Part shown: positions 59,108 to 64,000 of the stretch, piece after piece
Layout of the letters: each line of letters opens with the position of its first letter
Position numbering within the stretch: position 1 is the stretch's first letter
Translations under genes and position numbers: made by a program
Assembly (NCBI RefSeq): GCF_009914755.1
Contig: NC_060936.1
DNA: 64,000 nucleotides
Origin: the human T2T-CHM13v2.0 reference genome, Homo sapiens
Direction: 5' to 3' (one strand)
The notes under the pieces: model-generated
What the model saw: only the letters and a program-made list of their open reading frames with translations
What the model was told of the DNA's origin: nothing
Databases searched by the model: none

Positions 59108-59644
59108 TGTGATGATGAATACTAGTTGTCAATTTGATTGGATTGAAGAATACAAAGCATTGTTCCTGGGTTTGTCTGTGAGGGTGTTGCCAAAGGAGAT
59201 TAACATTTGAGTCAGTGGACTGGGAGAGGCAGACCCACCCTCAATCTGAGTGGGCACCATCTAATAAGCTGCCAGCTTGATTAGAATAAAGCAGGTAGAG
59301 GAAGGTGGAAAGAGCAGATTTGCTGAGTTTTCTGGCCTTTATCTTTCTCCTATACTGGATGCTTCTGCCCTCGAACATCAGACTCCAAGTTATTCCCCTT
59401 ATGCACTCTTGGACTTACACTAGTGGTCTGCCAGAGGCTCACAGACTGAAAGCTGCCCTGTTCGCTTCCCTACTTTTGAGGTTTTGAGACACAGATTGGC
59501 TTCCTTGCTCCTCAGCTTGCAGATGGCCTATTGTGGGACTTCACTTTGTGATCATGTGAGTCAATATTCCTTAAACTCCCCTTCATATATATATATATAT
59601 ATATATATCCTGTTAGTTCTCTCCCTCTAGAGAACCCTAATACA
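59108..59644 (+). mobile_element. 3' LTR, MLT2A2-type
   Basis: Preceded by the PPT-like GACAAGGGGTGGACT; colinear with the 5' LTR. Confidence 0.92.
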
Positions 59645-61380
59645 GACTCTAAATAGCCAAAGCAATCCTGAACAGAAAGAACAAAGCTCAAAGTATCACA
59701 CTACTTGACTTCAGAAGATACTACAAAGCTATGGTAACCAAAACAGCATGGTATTGGTATAAAAACAGAAACATAGACTGATGAAAAAGCATAGAGAACT
59801 TGGAAATAAATTTACGTATATACAGACAACTGATTTTTAACAAAGGCACCAAGAACATTCATTGGGAGAAAGATGCCCTTTTCAATAAACTGTGCTGGGA
59901 AAACGGGAAATCCATATGTGGAAGAATTAACATAGAACCCAACTCCTCAGCTTATACAAAAATCAGCTCAAAATGAATTAAAAACTAGCTGAAAAAAATT
60001 AAACTAAAAAGGCGCTTCCATTTAAAATAGCTCAAAAATATGTACATGAATAAATTTAACCAAGGAGGTGAAAAAATGGGCGGGGGGAATAAAACAAATA
60101 GAAAGACACCTTTGTTTGTGAATTAGAAGAATATATATATATATTCTTCAGGAGAATAGTCTAGGCAAAGGTTTTATGACTAAGACATCAGATTCATAGG
60201 GTAAAAGCCTCCAAATAGAAAAATAACACTATATTATACTGAAAACCTTTGCACAGCAAAAGAAAACATTAAACAGATTAAAGAAACAATTGGTTGAATG
60301 GGAGAAAATATTTGCAAAGTATTCTTCTGACAAAGAACTAATATCCAAAATTTACAGGGAATTTAACATCTCCACAGCAGAAAACCAAATAACCCCATTA
60401 AAAAGTTGGCAAAGGATATCCGTAGAGCTTTCTCAATACAAATTGTCAACGGGTATATTTAAAAAGTTTGACATCACTTATCATCAGAGAAATGCAAATC
60501 AAAACCTTGATATGATATCATCTCTCCCCAGTTAGAATGGCTGGGGAATTGTCTTTTATCAAAAAGACAAAAATACCCCAAATTAAATGTTGGTGAAGAT
60601 GTAAAGGGAACTCTTAGACTCTGTTGCTATGAATGTTAATTATCACAGCCATTACGGAAAAATAGTACTGATATTTCTCAAAACACTAAAAATAGAAGTA
60701 CCAAAAATTGGGCAATTCTACTTCTGGGTATTTATCCAAAGAAAAGAAAACCAGTATATCAAAGAGATATGTGAAGCTCTATTTTTATTGCAGCACTATT
60801 TATAATATCGAAAATAGAAAATTAACTTACATGACTGGCAATCGATGAAGGGATTACAAAAACGTGGTGTAAACATACACAATGGAATACTATTCAGCTT
60901 TAAGAAAGATAGAAATCCTACTACCTAAGACTATCTAAGACAATATGGATGAACCTGGAGGGCATTCTGTTAAGTAAAATAAACAAAGCATAAAAAGATA
61001 AATACATTATCTCACTTATATATAGAATCTAAAAAAGTTGAACTCATTGTAGCAGAGAGTATGATGGTGATTATTAGAAGTTGAGGGTGCAAGCAAAGGC
61101 TGGGGAAATGCTGACCAAAAGTCATAAAATTTCAATGAAACAGGATGAATACATTCAAGAGACCTATTGTAACTAACAATGACAATAGTTAATACGTTGT
61201 ACAATTGAAAATAGCTAAAAGAGTAGATTTTATGTGTTCTCACCACAAAAAAGACAAGTAGTGAAGTAGTGCATATGTAATTAGCTTTAGGTCATTTGAC
61301 AATGTATACATATATTTAAATGTCATGCTGCACAACACAAATATATAATATTTGTTTGTCAATTAAAAATAAATTTTAAA
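59645..61380 (+). mobile_element. Old L1MA (about MA5-7) ORF2 3' part and 3' UTR, continuing 48350-52297
   Basis: AATAGCCAAAGCAATCCTG follows GGAACCACAAAAGAC across the provirus; 3' end TGTTCTCACCACAAAA...GTCAATTAAAAATAAA. Confidence 0.9.
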
Positions 61381-61488
61381 AATTTTACGTATTTTAGACA
61401 TTCAGAAAGGTATGAGAGTCTCAAATCCTTTTAGATTCAATTTTTTTGTCTAATAAGACTTGTTCAAATGTACTATTTCAAATGTCCT

Positions 61489-61780
61489 AAGAATGAACAT
61501 GGACCCCGACTCCTCACCTTGTACAAAAATCAGCTCAAAATGAGTTAAAAACTAGCTGAAAAATTAAACTAAAAAAGCGCATCCATTTAAAATGGCTCAA
61601 AAATATGTAATGAATAACTTTAATCAAGGAGGTGAAAAAGTGGCGGGGGAATAAAACAAATGGAAAGACACCTATGTTGGTGAATTAGAAGAATATACAT
61701 GTATGCTTCAGGACAATGGTCTAGGCAAATGGGGTTTTATGACTAAGACATCAGATTCACAGGGTAAAAGCCCCAAAATA
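61489..61780 (+). repeat. Local direct duplication of 59922-60217
   Basis: Colinear copy of about 290 bp that includes non-consensus junctions. Confidence 0.9.
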
Positions 61781-61860
61781 TTAATTCATATACAACTACT
61801 TCAATTATAGCCGTGTCCATCTATTACCCCCATGTTATTTACTTAATATTTTCTTTTAAA

Positions 61861-62158
61861 TTTATTTATTTATTCAGAGACAGAATCTCACTCTGTCATC
61901 CAGGCTGGAATGCAGTGGCGTGACCTTGGCTCACCGCATCCTCCAACTCCTGGGTTTAAGCGATTCTCATGCCTCAGCCTCCCAAGTACCTGGAATTACA
62001 GGTATATGCCATCACACCCAGCTAACTTTTGTATTTTTTAGCAGAGATTGGGTTTCCCCATATTGCCCAGGCTGGTTTCGAACTCCTGACCTCAAGTGAT
62101 CCACCCACCTCGGCTTCCCAAAGTGCTGGGATTACAGGAGTGAGCTACCGGTGCCTGC
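61861..62158 (-). mobile_element. Older Alu (AluJb or AluSz-like)
   Basis: Full dimer, CpG-depleted; flanked by TCTTTTAA(A/C)TTTA. Confidence 0.92.
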
Positions 62159-63349
62159 TCTCTTTTAACTTTAATCACTCTTTCTTAGCTTTATTTGAAT
62201 AATAATACCCATTTATCCTTGAGTTTTAATGCTCATTATTTTTTAATACATTTCTTCTAAAATACTTTTAATGTAGAAATACATTTTATAGTAGTGATAT
62301 TTTCTACACTGGTATATTGAGGAAACCAGTTTTGGTGTAAACAATTAATTTACTCTACTCGGCATAAGATAATTTCAAAGATGAATATAAAACATGAAAG
62401 CTCTTTTGTCAGCAGTATACTATATATAGGAAGAAAGAGGTATACATATGTGTGTATATATATATGAAAAAAATGTATATATACACATACACTAAAATAT
62501 GCATTAAAGAAAACCTTGTATAGGTGGCAAAACTGAAATTTAAAGTATTGCAATTGTTTCAGTAGCATTGCTTATACAGTCTTTAACAAAATCCTTAATA
62601 GAGTGGAAATAAAGGGTATACTCTTTATGAATACAGTATGCGTGAGTGTCTGTGTGTGTGTATGTGTGTGCACGTGCATATGTGTGTATTTATATATGTA
62701 CATGTGGACACATGCATTGTATAGATTATAAGCTTTAATCCTACCTTAGCATGGATAATGGAGAGTTAACTGTAAAATGTTTTAATTTTATCTGAATAGG
62801 AAAACTCAAAGACAATCCCCACACTGCTGAATGCTAAATGTTCTTCTATGAGTTTAAGGTCAAAGACATGAAATGTAGATTAGGCACTTAGATTTCTACC
62901 TGAATTTTCAGAAGCCCTTTTAAGAAGGCAGTTCACATTAAATGCATGGTTATAAATCCCATTTAAAATAACTCACTTCATGTTTTATTTTAGGTCTAGA
63001 ATTTCTTTTACTTTTATCAATAAAATTATGTCCCTTCCAACAACTTAAAGCGATAATTTGTGGTAGTTTATGATGGCATTTGAACCACATCTTATCTTTA
63101 CTCATTTGAACTTAGATATGCATTGGACAAGGATGGATAATTTGCCATATTGCTCACATGAAAATGGAGAGAATTTCTTAACTTGAAGAATTGTTTTAAG
63201 ATTAGCTTTGTGCACTGGAAGAGTGTGTGAGATTAAACTAAAAATGGGAATACATTTCAAAATAGTATAAACATTCTTAGTTTACAAATAAAAATATATA
63301 AATCAACACAACCAGGCAGTGTCTGCTCAGAAAATACTTCCACAAATTC

Positions 63350-63985
63350 TGGGAATAACCTTCATCCCCTTCTTTCCCTCACATCCTATTCCTTTTGTAC
63401 TCAATCAGTCATACAATCCTGTGGTTTCTATAACCAATATGTCTCTCAAATTCTGCTTTACTCCCTTACAATTTTATTAATATACATAACCCTGATTTTA
63501 TCACTCCATTGCTAAAAATCTTTTAAGGATGCTATTGAAGGACACACTCTTTACTATCATGTCTGCCTATCTTTGTATCTGCATCACCCACATCTAGCTC
63601 ACATGGATCCTATGTCTGTGTAGACATACTGAACTACTTACTCTTCTCTAAATGTGTCCTGCTGTTGCATATGACCTTTGTATTTTTATGCACAGTCCTC
63701 TTAATCTACAATAATCTTTTTCTAACTGGTCTGCCTCAATTACACATGATTAAACAAACCAGCTCAAAATCTGCCCACTCTGTTACATCAACACTGGCTC
63801 TCCCAACCTTAATCAGGCAGTGTTCTGTCCTCTTTTTCACAGAGCCTGAAGCACACATCAATTATCAAATCATCTCTCTCTCTCTCTGTCTCACTCTGCC
63901 CTTCTCTCTTTTCTTCCCTTCCTTCCCCTTTTTCCTAAGAATAGCGGACACCTTGAGGGCAAGGGGCTTTTGTATTTCTTAATTT
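63350..63985 (+). mobile_element. L2 fragments
   Basis: CAATCAGTCATACAATCCTGT... and CCTTGAGGGCAAGGG. Confidence 0.5.
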
Positions 63986-64000
63986 AACCAATCAAAGCAT

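Larger units (their letters stand above)
52298..59644 (+). mobile_element. HERV-L provirus with both LTRs, decayed
   Basis: Two MLT2A LTRs, PBS, gag-pro-pol-dUTPase, PPT; 5-bp TSD GACCC (52293-52297) / GACTC (59645-59649). Confidence 0.96.

Overview
This is primate (human or great-ape-like) intergenic or intronic DNA. It is AT-rich and roughly two thirds transposable-element derived. I find no host protein-coding gene, RNA gene or CRISPR-like array, and every interpretable ORF in the track comes from LINE-1, Alu or ERV-L. Layout: (1) 1-19.1 kb is a deeply nested pile of L1s of several ages, three of them 5'-inverted (twin-priming type), with AluY and LTR insertions; (2) 19-27.8 kb and 32-40.7 kb are mostly unique AT-rich sequence with old MIR, L2, MER2 and MER5A fragments and a MER4-family LTR; (3) 27.8-31.2 kb is a nested inverted L1/Alu arrangement; (4) 40.7-43.7 kb is an old L1 5' UTR with a 79-bp tandem array joined directly to an L1 3' end; (5) 48.3-61.4 kb is an old L1MA split by a complete but decayed HERV-L provirus (MLT2A2-type LTRs, gag-pro-pol-dUTPase, no env) that has an MLT2A1-type solo LTR inside its integrase. 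There are also several local templated duplications. I cannot support a new biological system from this sequence; the best leads are structural or regulatory. Subfamily names are recalled from consensus sequences and need RepeatMasker/Dfam confirmation.
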